Positions 1 through 9,560 are shown, counted from the stretch's first letter. The stretch is 64,000 nt of DNA from an uncultured Eubacteriales bacterium (GCA_942492885.1 OW818651.1:1346959-1410958); one strand, 5' to 3'. A program made the numbers and translations. Notes: generated from the sequence alone by a model not told the origin.

Positions 1-16
1 ATACCTTGCGTGGTAA

Positions 17-976
17 CTACAGTGTGTCAAACCCCGCGCCGTAGTTCTCGCGGCAGCGCGCGAGGGCTTCTTCCAGCGTGATGGTGTGCGCAGTCGCGCC
101 AAGATGCTCCACGCAGATGCTCGCAACCGCGTTGGCAAAGCGGGCGCAGTCCTCCGGGTTTCTTCCCGCCGAGTGGGCAAACAGGAACGACGCGGCAAAG
201 TTATCCCCCGCGCCCGTGGTATCCACGCATGCGCGGCAGATGCAGCCCCCTACAGCGCCCGTGAACGCACCGGAGGCGACGTAGCAGCCACGTGCACCCG
301 TCTTGACTACTACACAGCCTACCCCGCTGTTTCGCATCTCCTGCGCCATCAACGGCACATCCGTCGCGCTCGTGAGCAGCCCGGCCTCCTCCGCGTTGGC
401 AAACAGGATGTCGACATGCGGCCAAACTTGCGCAAGGTCGGCAAGACGCTCACCGTGCTTTCGTTTGGTCATGTCCACAGCGAGCAGGCAGCCCTTTTGT
501 TTGATGGCGGAAAACAGCGTCGCAAGTTCTTGTGCACCAAAACATGGAAACACAAACAGGCTCGCAAAACAGACCACGGGCTCCAGCAAATCAACCAGCG
601 GCAGCGCGTCCACGAGCGCGAGCGCGCGCAAACTGCTGTTCGGGTCGGTGATGAATCTCCGCTCGCCTGTCTTGTCGATCAAAACAATATTCAGGCTGGT
701 GGAGAGCCCGTCTTCACGCTGAATATGCCGCGTCGGCAGACCAGAAGCACGGCAAAAGTCCAGCACCATATCTCCCGCGTTGTCCGTGCCGATCTTGCTC
801 ACAAGATCGACCGCGCCGCCGAGCCGCGCGAGCGTGACCGCCTCGTTGAGCGCGTCTCCGCCAAAACCTAGGCGGATGCGCTCCGCGGGAGCCGAACCCA
901 GGTGCAGCGTGTTTTCGTCTATTCCTTCGACCAACGCGTCCAGATGCGCCGCGCCGATGATGCTAAATCGGTTCAT
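17..976 (-). CDS. PfkB-family carbohydrate kinase
   Basis: 319-aa ORF. Ribokinase-like markers 'GFGGDALNEAV' and the C-terminal PfkB signature 'DTTGAGDNFAASF'. Overlaps the upstream ROK gene by 4 nt (operon). Confidence 0.85.
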   Translation of the reverse strand: MNRFSIIGAAHLDALVEGIDENTLHLGSAPAERIRLGFGGDALNEAVTLARLGGAVDLVSKIGTDNAGDMVLDFCRASGLPTRHIQREDGLSTSLNIVLIDKTGERRFITDPNSSLRALALVDALPLVDLLEPVVCFASLFVFPCFGAQELATLFSAIKQKGCLLAVDMTKRKHGERLADLAQVWPHVDILFANAEEAGLLTSATDVPLMAQEMRNSGVGCVVVKTGARGCYVASGAFTGAVGGCICRACVDTTGAGDNFAASFLFAHSAGRNPEDCARFANAVASICVEHLGATAHTITLEEALARCRENYGAGFDTL

Positions 977-1923
977 TTGTTCGTGTCCTCCGTTGCGGCG
1001 GAAAAGCCCGCCAGTCGTTCCATGGCATAATACGCCGCGCCAACCACGCCGGTTTCGGGCGCGGCGGAGGCGCGAATCAGCGAAAAATCCTCTCCGGGGT
1101 ACGGTTTTCGGACAAATTCGCGCAGAAAAGTGAGCAGCAGCTCCATCGGGAAACCCGCCATCTCCACCACGCCGCCGCCGATGATCACCTGATCCGGATC
1201 AAAGAGATTCAGCTCCGTGGCAAAGGGAATTGCCATCGCTTCCACAAATTTTAGGATGCGCGCGTCCTCGCTGTGCCGCACGAACAGCTCGCAAAACGGC
1301 TCGTTTGAGAAATGCTCCCGCCAGAGATTGCGCAGCACGTAGCCGCCCGCGTGCGTCTCCGCGCAGCCCCTGCTGCCACATCCGCAGAGATTTGTGCTGC
1401 CATAATACGGAATATGCCCCAGCTCACCCGCGACGCCGTGCTTGCCGATCAGGAACTTTCCATTGAGGAAGATTGCGTTACCGATGCCCGTGCCGTAATA
1501 GATGCCGATCGTGCAGCCCTTGTCGCGCAGATTGAGCCGCACAAGGTCGTATTGCAGCAGAAAGATCGTGTCTTTGTCGAGGAACACCGGCAGGTTGAGC
1601 GCGGTTTCCAGCAGCGCGACGACGTCCTGTCCGTCCAACCCGTTCTCACCGCCAAGCGGTAGATTGGGGCTGCTATAGACCGTGCGCTTGTCGCGGCTCA
1701 CGGTAGAAGGAAACCCGACGGCGAGCGCGGCGGCGCGTTTAGCAAGCCCGTTTCGAGCGAGATAGTCGCGAATCAGCGCAATCAGGCGCAGTGCCGAGCC
1801 CGCATCGCCGCAGACCTCGCGGCTCTCCCGCTTCTCAAAGCAGGCAACCTGCCCTGCATGGTCTACCGCGCCGATGCGCAGGTGCGTTCCTCCGATGTCA
1901 ATGCCGATGATGACGTCTTTCAT
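973..1923 (-). CDS. ROK-family sugar kinase
   Basis: 316-aa ORF. N-terminal ATPase motif 'IGIDIGGTHLRIGAV' and ROK cysteine motif 'CGCGSRGCAETHAGG'. Confidence 0.85.
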   Translation of the reverse strand: MKDVIIGIDIGGTHLRIGAVDHAGQVACFEKRESREVCGDAGSALRLIALIRDYLARNGLAKRAAALAVGFPSTVSRDKRTVYSSPNLPLGGENGLDGQDVVALLETALNLPVFLDKDTIFLLQYDLVRLNLRDKGCTIGIYYGTGIGNAIFLNGKFLIGKHGVAGELGHIPYYGSTNLCGCGSRGCAETHAGGYVLRNLWREHFSNEPFCELFVRHSEDARILKFVEAMAIPFATELNLFDPDQVIIGGGVVEMAGFPMELLLTFLREFVRKPYPGEDFSLIRASAAPETGVVGAAYYAMERLAGFSAATEDTNK

Positions 1924-2038
1924 ACGATTTCCTTCTGATTTATTTCATTTGCGCATGATGCGCGCGATTCCATTCGTCAGATCAGTCGTTTTGCCTTATA
2001 ATAATAGTAGCACTCCAAAAGGAGAAAAAATCATAAAA

Positions 2039-4075
2039 ATGCCAACACCCGAAATCCTCGCTCCTGTGGGCGGCGAAGAGCAGTTGCTTGCCGCCGTGCG
2101 CTGCGGAGCAGACGCCGTCTACCTCGGCGGTCAGAGCTTCAATGCACGCCGGAATGCCGCAAATTTTTCCGAGACAGACTTGCAAAAGGCCGTCTCCTAT
2201 TGTCATGCGCGCGGGGTGAAGGTCTACGTCACCATCAACACCATCGTGCTAGATGCGGAGCTGCCCGCGCTGGAGGAGGAAGCCGACCGGATCGCAAGCG
2301 CGGGTGCGGACGCAGTGATCATTCAGGATATGGCGGTTTTGCGCCTGTTTCAGCGGCGATACCCCACCCTTAAGCGCTTTGCCTCCACGCAGACCGCCGT
2401 GCACAATGTCGACGGCGCGCGGTTTTTAGAGAGCGTCGGGTTTGACAGCATCGTGCTCGCGCGCGAGCTTTCGCTGGACGAGATTCAAACGATTTGCTCC
2501 GCCGTGTCGATCCAAAGAGAAGCCTTCATCCACGGCGCGCACTGCATGAGCGTCTCCGGGGCATGCTATCTTTCCGCCATGCTCGGCGGCAGAAGCGGCA
2601 ACCGCGGGCTTTGCGCCCAACCCTGCCGCCTGAACTGGACGAGCGGGGATCATAGTTATGCGCTCTCCCTCAAGGATATGTCACATTTGCCGCACCTGCA
2701 AGCGCTGGCAAGCGCAGGCGTTGATTCATTTAAAATTGAAGGGCGCATGAAGCGTCCGGAATACGTCGCCGCCGCGACCGCCGCGTGCAAGCTCGCGCTC
2801 GCGGGCAAGCCGTACGATGCTGAAGCGTTGCGCGCGGTCTTTTCACGTAGCGGCTTTACGGATGGCTACCTCAAGGCAAAGCGCGACGGAGTGATGTTCG
2901 GCACCCGCACAAAAGAGGATGTCACGGGCGCGGACGGCGTGCTGTCCTCGCTTGCCGCGCTGTATCGAAACGAAGTGCCGCTCGTCCCGGTCGATCTTGT
3001 GTTCACGCTGGACGAGGGCGCAACCGCGCTCACCGTCAGCGACGGCACCCGCACGGTCTCCGCAGAGGGCGGCGCGCCGGAGCGGGCGATTCACCGCGCG
3101 CTGGACGAGGAAAGCGCGAAAAAGAATTTGGAAAAGACGGGCGGAACACCGTTTTCTGTCCGTTCGTTTCAGGCAAGGATCGCGGAGGGCTATACCCTCC
3201 CCGCCTCCGCGCTCAACGCAATGCGCAGGCAGGCGCTAGACACGCTGCTGGAGCTGCGCGGTCAACCGCAGCCGCACCGGAAACACGATTACACCCTAGC
3301 TACGCCTGAGCGATATCAATCATCACGGGAAAAACCCGCACTCTGGGCGCGATTCTACAAAAAAGAGCAGATCGCATGCGAAAACTTGTTTAAGAGAATT
3401 CTCCTGCCCACAGAGGAGATCGACGCGGCTCTGATCGCGCGCCTCGGCGAAAAGCTGGTCGCGCAGCTGCCGACCGTGCTCTTCCCCGAAGACGAGCCCG
3501 CGTTTGACGCGCGGCTGGAAGCGCTTGCGAAAAGCGGGCTCTCCTCCGTCTGGGCGAACAACGTCTACGGCATCGCGCTTGGCAGGCGTCTTGGGCTTGC
3601 TGTCCACGGCGGGTTCGGGCTGAATCTCGCCAACACCGAAGCCATGCGGTTCTATGAAGAGCAGAATCTTTTGAGTGCGACGCTCTCGTTTGAGCTCTCG
3701 ATGGCGGCGATCAAATCCCTCGGCGGTACGCTGCCGCGCGGAATCGTTTCCTACGGCTCTCTGCCGCTGATGCAGCTGAGAAACTGCCCGATCAAAGCCT
3801 CCGTCGGCTGCGCCGATTGCGGACAAGTAGCCGAGTTGACCGACCGCATGCAGGTGAGCTTTGCGGTGGAGTGCGATCATTATCGCTCTGTTGCGCTGCT
3901 CAACAGCGTTCCGCTGGACATCGCAGAGCGGAGCATGCGCGGCTTGGACTTTCAGGTGCTCTACTTCACGCGCGAATCTTCGCAGGAGATCGAGGCGGTT
4001 ACCGCACGATTTGTCGCCGCGGAGAAGACACAAGCGCCGCATACCACTGGGCTGTATTACCGCACATTGCTATAA
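2039..4075 (+). CDS. Peptidase U32 family protein (long form, about 678 aa)
   Basis: ORF 1874-4075 trimmed to ATG 2039, which follows an AAAGGAGAAAAA RBS. 'EAFIHGAHCMSVSGACYLS' fits the U32 signature (E-x-F-x2-G-x2-C-x4-G-x-C-x-L-S). Confidence 0.85.
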   Translation: MPTPEILAPVGGEEQLLAAVRCGADAVYLGGQSFNARRNAANFSETDLQKAVSYCHARGVKVYVTINTIVLDAELPALEEEADRIASAGADAVIIQDMAVLRLFQRRYPTLKRFASTQTAVHNVDGARFLESVGFDSIVLARELSLDEIQTICSAVSIQREAFIHGAHCMSVSGACYLSAMLGGRSGNRGLCAQPCRLNWTSGDHSYALSLKDMSHLPHLQALASAGVDSFKIEGRMKRPEYVAAATAACKLALAGKPYDAEALRAVFSRSGFTDGYLKAKRDGVMFGTRTKEDVTGADGVLSSLAALYRNEVPLVPVDLVFTLDEGATALTVSDGTRTVSAEGGAPERAIHRALDEESAKKNLEKTGGTPFSVRSFQARIAEGYTLPASALNAMRRQALDTLLELRGQPQPHRKHDYTLATPERYQSSREKPALWARFYKKEQIACENLFKRILLPTEEIDAALIARLGEKLVAQLPTVLFPEDEPAFDARLEALAKSGLSSVWANNVYGIALGRRLGLAVHGGFGLNLANTEAMRFYEEQNLLSATLSFELSMAAIKSLGGTLPRGIVSYGSLPLMQLRNCPIKASVGCADCGQVAELTDRMQVSFAVECDHYRSVALLNSVPLDIAERSMRGLDFQVLYFTRESSQEIEAVTARFVAAEKTQAPHTTGLYYRTLL

Positions 4076-4104
4076 ACGAAAACGACTGCAAAACATTCTA
4101 TAAC

Positions 4105-4146
4105 AAGACCCGCGTCGGCAAACAAGCGAAACGCGGGTCTTTGTTT
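4105..4146. terminator. Stem-loop between convergent genes (putative terminator)
   Basis: Perfect 11-bp stem aagacccgcgt/acgcgggtctt (4105-4115 / 4131-4141) followed by tgttt. Lies between the U32 stop and the permease stop. Confidence 0.5.
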
Positions 4147-4165
4147 ATGATCGAAAAACGGTGTG

Positions 4166-5284
4166 TCAGGCTTTGCTCTCCGCGCGCTCTTTGCGCGTCG
4201 CTCTTCTGGAAAGCCTGCGTTTGCGCGCCTCTGTGAAGCGCTCCTTGAGCACCGGGCCCACGGTCTGCACCAGGATGACCGCGATGAGCACGAGGCCCTG
4301 GAACGTATCCTGAATGTCCGTGGTGAGCGCCGGAATCGAAACGATGATGAAGTTGATCGTCGTATACGACAGCGCGCCGAAGAACACACCAAGCAGGTTG
4401 CCCCTGCCGCCGCTCATGCTCACACCGCCGAGCACCACCGCCGCGATGGCGTACATCTCATAGCTCTTGCCGGAGGAGGCCGGCGTCACGTTGCCGATTT
4501 TGCAAGCCTGCACAAACGCCGCGATGCCCACGAGGATGCCCGTGATAACGAACACGGAGACCTTCACGCCCTGTACATTCACGCCGGAGAGGAAGGCAGC
4601 CTTTTCGTTGCTGCCAACTGCGTAGACGCTCTTGCCATATTTTGTGCGGCGGGAGATGAGCAGGATGATCAGCATCACCGCGACGAACACAAACGTGATA
4701 TACGGAATGTTGACCCCCGGCAGACTGCCCGTGCCAAATTTCATTCGCAGGAAGTCATACGAGCTGCTCTCGCTTAAAAGCGCAAACTGGCTGCTCGAAG
4801 AGCCTGTGATCGCCGGGTCGATTTCGCGCACGACGGATAGCATCAAGGAGCGGTAGATGAGCATGGTGCCGAGGGTGACGATGAACGGCGGCATCTTGGC
4901 GTAGCCCGCGAGCACGCCGTTGATGAGGCCGCAGAGCGCGCCGGCGACAACCGCCGCAACCAGCGTGATGATCACGCTGTTGGTCATGTTGAACGCCATG
5001 ATGCTAACCCCGCTGCAGAGCACCAGCGCGGAACCGACCGAGAGGTCGATCTGCCCCGTGATGATGACAAGCGCCATGCCCAGCGCCATCGTGCCCACGA
5101 TGACGGTGTTCTGGCTTGCGAGGATCGCCGTGATGTGCCCCCACTTGAATGCGTTTCCGTTTGCCTCGATGGTAAACGAATACACCAGCAGTACGATGGC
5201 GAAGACGAAAATGAAGCTGTAGCGCTTCCAAGCCTTCGCAATGAAAGATCCGATTCCGGCGAAACCGCCTTTGTTAGCCCGCAT
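4166..5284 (-). CDS. Sugar ABC transporter permease (CUT2/ribose-type)
   Basis: Multi-TM ORF with a 'GQIDLSVGS' motif. Trimmed to ATG 5284 (MRANKGG...), which overlaps the ATPase stop by 11 nt. Confidence 0.85.
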   Translation of the reverse strand: MRANKGGFAGIGSFIAKAWKRYSFIFVFAIVLLVYSFTIEANGNAFKWGHITAILASQNTVIVGTMALGMALVIITGQIDLSVGSALVLCSGVSIMAFNMTNSVIITLVAAVVAGALCGLINGVLAGYAKMPPFIVTLGTMLIYRSLMLSVVREIDPAITGSSSSQFALLSESSSYDFLRMKFGTGSLPGVNIPYITFVFVAVMLIILLISRRTKYGKSVYAVGSNEKAAFLSGVNVQGVKVSVFVITGILVGIAAFVQACKIGNVTPASSGKSYEMYAIAAVVLGGVSMSGGRGNLLGVFFGALSYTTINFIIVSIPALTTDIQDTFQGLVLIAVILVQTVGPVLKERFTEARKRRLSRRATRKERAESKA

Positions 5285-6782
5285 GGTTGGCTCCTCTCCG
5301 CGTATTGAGCGCGTTGGTAGAATACAGCATGACGTCATGCTCATTGATTTCGTCGTGCTGGAAAATCTTCGCTACGTGTCCTTCAAAGAAGACGACGCAG
5401 CGGTCGGATACCTTTTTAATCTCCGGAATCTCCAGCGTGTTGATGATCACCGTCATCCCGCGCGAGGCAAATTCCAGAATCAGGCGGTAGATCTCCGCCT
5501 TTGCGCCGACGTCTACGCCCTGCGTGGGGTTATCCAGCAGGAGCACGTCCGCCTTGGTGTTGAGCCAGCGGGCGAGAAACACCTTTTGCTGGTTGCCGCC
5601 GGAAAGCGATAGGATCGAATCCTTGGGCGACTCCGACTTGATCCAAAGCAGTTTTTTGAGGTCGTCGTAGCGCGAAAGCTCTCGCCTGTCGGAGATCATC
5701 TGTCGGTTTTTCGAGAGCGCATGCTCCGCAATGCAGATATTGTCGAGGATGTCCATATCCGGCACGACGGAGTTTTCCTTGCGGTTACTCGGCAGCATGG
5801 CAAGCCTGCTCTTCATGAAATGCGGAATCCCGCCGCGCAGCGACTTGCCTTCCACGCGGATGATGCCGCCTTCAAACGGCAGCACACCGAACATGGTCTG
5901 CATAATCTCGCTTGCGCCGCAGCCGGCAAGGCCGGTGAACGCGACGATTTCGCCCTTCTTGATCTCCAAACTGACATCTGAAAACCCGCGTCCGGTGACA
6001 TGGTTGAGCTCAACAATCGTCTCGCCCAGCGCTCTGGGCACGTAATAATCCTTGTCGAGGTACTGCTCGCCCACCATGTCGGTTGCGATCTGGTGCGGCG
6101 TGGTATCTGTGATCAATCCGCTGGAGATGAACATGCCGTTGCGCAGAACCGTGTATCGATCCGCAATCTCGAAAATCTCCGGCATTTTATGCGATATAAA
6201 GATAAAGGAATGACCCTGTGCTTTCAGTTTTCTGAGGATGCCGAACAGGTGCTCGACCTCCTGTGTGCTCAGTGCCGTGGTCGGCTCGTCTAGAATCAGG
6301 AGCTTTGCGTTGGCGTGCAGCGCGCGGCTGATCTCTAGAAGCTGCTTCTGGCTCGTTTTGAGCTCGGATACCATCGCGCAGGGGTCGATATCCACACCCA
6401 GGCGCGTAAAGAGCCCGCCCGCCTCCGCGATCATCTGCTTGCGATTGAGCAGGCCAATCCTAGTCTTGAGCTCGCGGTTTAAAAAGATGTTTTCAAACAC
6501 GCATAGGTCGTTGACCACGTTCACTTCCTGATGGACAAACGCGATGCCCGCCCGCTCCATCATCGCAATGGTCGGGTTGGGATAGCTCTTGCCGTCAAAG
6601 TGGATTTCGCCGGTGTCGGTTGTGATGACGCCCGTGAGGATGTTCATCAGCGTGGATTTTCCCGCGCCGTTTTCGCCAAGCAGCGCGTGGATCTCTCCCG
6701 CTTCAACCGCGAGGTGTACGTCCGAGAGCGCGATCACGCCGCCGAACGCCTTTGAAATGTGCTGCATTTCAAGGATAGCCAT
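5274..6782 (-). CDS. Sugar ABC transporter ATP-binding protein (two fused ABC cassettes)
   Basis: Walker A 'GENGAGKST' plus a second P-loop 'GLAGCGASE'. ABC signature 'LSGGNQQKV'. Trimmed to ATG 6782 (MAILEMQHISKAFGG). Confidence 0.9.
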   Translation of the reverse strand: MAILEMQHISKAFGGVIALSDVHLAVEAGEIHALLGENGAGKSTLMNILTGVITTDTGEIHFDGKSYPNPTIAMMERAGIAFVHQEVNVVNDLCVFENIFLNRELKTRIGLLNRKQMIAEAGGLFTRLGVDIDPCAMVSELKTSQKQLLEISRALHANAKLLILDEPTTALSTQEVEHLFGILRKLKAQGHSFIFISHKMPEIFEIADRYTVLRNGMFISSGLITDTTPHQIATDMVGEQYLDKDYYVPRALGETIVELNHVTGRGFSDVSLEIKKGEIVAFTGLAGCGASEIMQTMFGVLPFEGGIIRVEGKSLRGGIPHFMKSRLAMLPSNRKENSVVPDMDILDNICIAEHALSKNRQMISDRRELSRYDDLKKLLWIKSESPKDSILSLSGGNQQKVFLARWLNTKADVLLLDNPTQGVDVGAKAEIYRLILEFASRGMTVIINTLEIPEIKKVSDRCVVFFEGHVAKIFQHDEINEHDVMLYSTNALNTRRGANHAG

Positions 6783-6958
6783 AGTTCGTGTCCCCGTTTT
6801 TCTCGTTTTTGCGGAGTTGAATGGTTGGGTTGTTGCCGATCCGGCCGTGAAAGGGGTTTGATCCCTTGCCACCAGTATAATCGGATTTGTCCGCCGCGAA
6901 AAGATCGATTTTTGATTCGTTCAAACTTTCGCGTTTCCCGTTTGCCGCCTGTTACATT

Positions 6959-7037
6959 CGCGTACGGATGCAGGACTTGCCTGCATCCGTACGCGCAGTC
7001 TTGTTGTGTTACGCAGTCTTGCGGACGAATCCGCAAG
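6959..7037 (-). promoter_or_regulatory. Two intercistronic stem-loops between the SBP and ATPase genes
   Basis: 16-bp perfect stem 6959-6974/6980-6995 (cgcgtacggatgcagg ... cctgcatccgtacgcg, loop acttg). 8-bp stem cttgcgga/tccgcaag at 7018-7037. Confidence 0.5.
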
Positions 7038-7067
7038 CGTTATGCGTTTGTGCCGTTTGGCTTAGAA

Positions 7068-8237
7068 TCAATGACCCGTGAAGCCTTCGTAGTTGGCAAC
7101 GTTGCCCGCGTCAACGATCCACACCGGCTCATACTTGCCGTCGCCGACTTTGTATTCCCATGTGCCGGAGAGGTAGTCGAGCATGTAGTTGATGACGTTT
7201 TCGAACATCTTCGGCGAGAAGTAGACGGACATGAGGCCGTCAAAGTAGGTCTGCGCCGTTGCGGCCTGCGTGGAGCTGCCGTCGATGACCGCGTAGAGTT
7301 CGGCCATGCCGCCGATGGCGGAGGTGTAGACGTTCAGAGCGGCGAAGTCAGCCTTGGTCGCTTCGTCGATGGCATTCGCCTCGAGGAGGTTCATGAGCCC
7401 AAAGGTCATTTCGTCGTCCATCGAGTAGATGTACAGGTTGCCGCCCGTGGTCTTCGCCTTGGCGACGACTTCCGGCAGTTTCTGCTCGAGGTACTGATAC
7501 GCGCCGTCCGCGCTCCAGTTGCAGACCGTCTTATAGTCGGCCGTCAACGCGTTGAGCTCGTCCTGCGTCCAAACCTGGGTGGTCTTGTAGGATTCGTTCT
7601 TGTCCTGGTCGAAATACTCGATTTCGCCACGGAGGAACTGTTCGAAGCCTTCCTGACGGCGGCCGCAAACGGTGCCGTTGTCGCCGATGAGGGTGACAAG
7701 GGTCGCGCCCGGTGCCATGCCGTTCTTCTGCAGCCAGTATGCAATACCGGCGCCGCACTGCCAGTTGTCACCGGAGGCGTTGAGGATGGAGAACTTGTCC
7801 GGTCCTTCGATGATACGATCGAAGGAGATGAACGGGACGTTCGCGGCGATCAGGGCTTCCTGACCGGCCTTGGCTGCGTCTTCCAGAGCGAAGAACACAA
7901 CGCCGACCGCATCGCCATTGGCGAGGATGGTCTGAACCTGGTCAACCTGCTCTTCACCGGTGGATGCTGCCATGTAGACGGCTTTATACATTCCTTCGGC
8001 GTTGATTGCTTCGACCTTTTTCTCGGCGTAGGTGCCTGCCTGTGCGGTCCAGCCGTGATCCGGCGTCGGGCCGAGCACGTAGATGGTTCCGCCAGTGGTC
8101 GCAGCGGGTTCTTCCGCGGCGGGAGCCTGGGTCGCTTCGGCTGCGGGTTCTTCCGCTGCCGGTGCCGGTGTGCTTGCGCATGCCGCAACGCCAACCAGCA
8201 TCATAGCGCACATAAGAATCGCGAGGAATTTTTTCAT
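7068..8237 (-). CDS. Sugar ABC transporter substrate-binding lipoprotein
   Basis: Trimmed to ATG 8237 after an AAAGGAGAGAAAT RBS. Lipoprotein signal 'MKKFLAILMCAMMLVGVAAC', then an Ala/Glu/Pro-rich linker and a periplasmic-binding-protein-like body. Confidence 0.85.
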   Translation of the reverse strand: MKKFLAILMCAMMLVGVAACASTPAPAAEEPAAEATQAPAAEEPAATTGGTIYVLGPTPDHGWTAQAGTYAEKKVEAINAEGMYKAVYMAASTGEEQVDQVQTILANGDAVGVVFFALEDAAKAGQEALIAANVPFISFDRIIEGPDKFSILNASGDNWQCGAGIAYWLQKNGMAPGATLVTLIGDNGTVCGRRQEGFEQFLRGEIEYFDQDKNESYKTTQVWTQDELNALTADYKTVCNWSADGAYQYLEQKLPEVVAKAKTTGGNLYIYSMDDEMTFGLMNLLEANAIDEATKADFAALNVYTSAIGGMAELYAVIDGSSTQAATAQTYFDGLMSVYFSPKMFENVINYMLDYLSGTWEYKVGDGKYEPVWIVDAGNVANYEGFTGH

Positions 8238-8257
8238 GATTTCTCTCCTTTTTTGAT

Positions 8258-8334
8258 TTATAACAACCAATGATTTGGTTATTACCAAGAGTAGTTTGTT
8301 CTGTGCTTATAACAACCATATTATGGTTATTACC
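8258..8334. promoter_or_regulatory. Two copies of a 28-29 bp palindrome-containing box upstream of the SBP gene
   Basis: ttataacaaccaatgatttggttattacc (8258-8286) and ttataacaaccatattatggttattacc (8307-8334). Each has AACCA..TGGTT inverted arms. Confidence 0.4.
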
Positions 8335-8396
8335 CTTTTTGTGGCATGGGAATAATGGGTCTTTTCGTAAAGATTTCCTGAAACTCTAATAATCGT

Positions 8397-9434
8397 TTAC
8401 AGTTCCACGATTCTGCCGGATTCCGCGGACTCGAGGCAGGCGAACACCACACGCATGGAGTTTAAGATGTCCTCCGCGTCCAGCACGGACTTTTTACCCG
8501 TGAGAATGCTATCGACAAACTGGTCGATGACTCCGCTACTTCTCTGCTGCGCATCGTCGTTGGTCTGCATGCGGTCTAGCTCATAGTGCGCCTTGGTTCC
8601 GTCCGCATAGACCACCTGTAAGGCATATTTGGGGTCGTGATAGAGCTTGATCGTACCTTTTTCGCAGTAGAGCGAGGAGGAGTTGCATTCCTCGCCATAG
8701 TGTGTCCAGCTCGTGGTCACGGTGCCGAGCGCGCCGTTTTCAAATGTGAGTATCTCCACGGAGTTGTCGTCCACCTCAATGGGTGTTCCGTCCGGGAACT
8801 TCTTGTCCAGCGTGGCGAGGCGGGAGAATACGTTTTTCACGTTCGCACCGATGAGATAGCGCATCAGGTCGATCTTGTGGATGCCAAGATCCGCCATGGA
8901 GCCGAACGCCGCCGCGTTTTTCTTGAAAAACCAGGTGTTGCTGCTCTTGTCCGCGCTCCACATCTCCGGACCTTTGTGGCCGAATGTGGCGGCAAAGCTG
9001 ATCACGCGGCCAAGCTCGCCGGAGAAGATGATCTCCTTTGCCTTCTTGTGCGCGGGGGTCAGGCGCTGGTTGTGGTCGATGAGCAGGCGTCTGCCGTTCT
9101 TTTCCGCCGCAGAGAGCATGTTTTCGCAGTCTTTGAGCGTGATTGCCATGGGTTTTTCGCACAGCACGTGCTTACCGTGGTTAAGCGCGTCAATCGTAAT
9201 CGGCGCATGGAACGCATTTGCAACGCAAACGCTCACCGCGTCGATGGAGGGGTCTGCAATCAGCGCTTCCGCCGTGTCATACACTTTGCCACCGAAGTCT
9301 TTTGCCATCGCTTCCGCGCGCTCACGGGAGACGTCGAACACACCGGTGATGATCGTGTGTTCATTGTGCTTGTATTCTGCCGCGTGGCGCTGTCTCGCAA
9401 TCGAGCCGCAGCCGATGATGCCTACGTTTAACAT
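8397..9434 (-). CDS. Gfo/Idh/MocA family oxidoreductase
   Basis: 345 aa. N-terminal Rossmann motif 'NVGIIGCGSIARQRH' and the family 'EKP' motif ('VLCEKPMA'). Confidence 0.9.
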   Translation of the reverse strand: MLNVGIIGCGSIARQRHAAEYKHNEHTIITGVFDVSRERAEAMAKDFGGKVYDTAEALIADPSIDAVSVCVANAFHAPITIDALNHGKHVLCEKPMAITLKDCENMLSAAEKNGRRLLIDHNQRLTPAHKKAKEIIFSGELGRVISFAATFGHKGPEMWSADKSSNTWFFKKNAAAFGSMADLGIHKIDLMRYLIGANVKNVFSRLATLDKKFPDGTPIEVDDNSVEILTFENGALGTVTTSWTHYGEECNSSSLYCEKGTIKLYHDPKYALQVVYADGTKAHYELDRMQTNDDAQQRSSGVIDQFVDSILTGKKSVLDAEDILNSMRVVFACLESAESGRIVEL

Positions 9435-9560
9435 GGTCCGTGTTCCCCTTTGTATGTCTTCTCTTCTATATAAATAATTCTAAAATCTACTTGAGCGGCT
9501 TCTCTTCTTCTATATGTTTCTGATATCTGCAATTTCTATTCTAGATCAAAGGCGAAAGCG

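Noticed and set aside
1874-2038. 5' extensions of listed ORFs, for example 1874-2038, 5285-5344, 6783-6872, 8238-8288, 10602-10715, 13504-13713, 22206-22301, 30640-30711, 37727-37936, 48830-48940, 53399-53596, 55820-55915, 57798-57830 and 60292-60306.
   Set aside because: The family-typical N-termini and signal peptides begin at internal ATG or GTG codons preceded by good Shine-Dalgarno sequences. The extensions overlap upstream genes or intergenic regulatory DNA.
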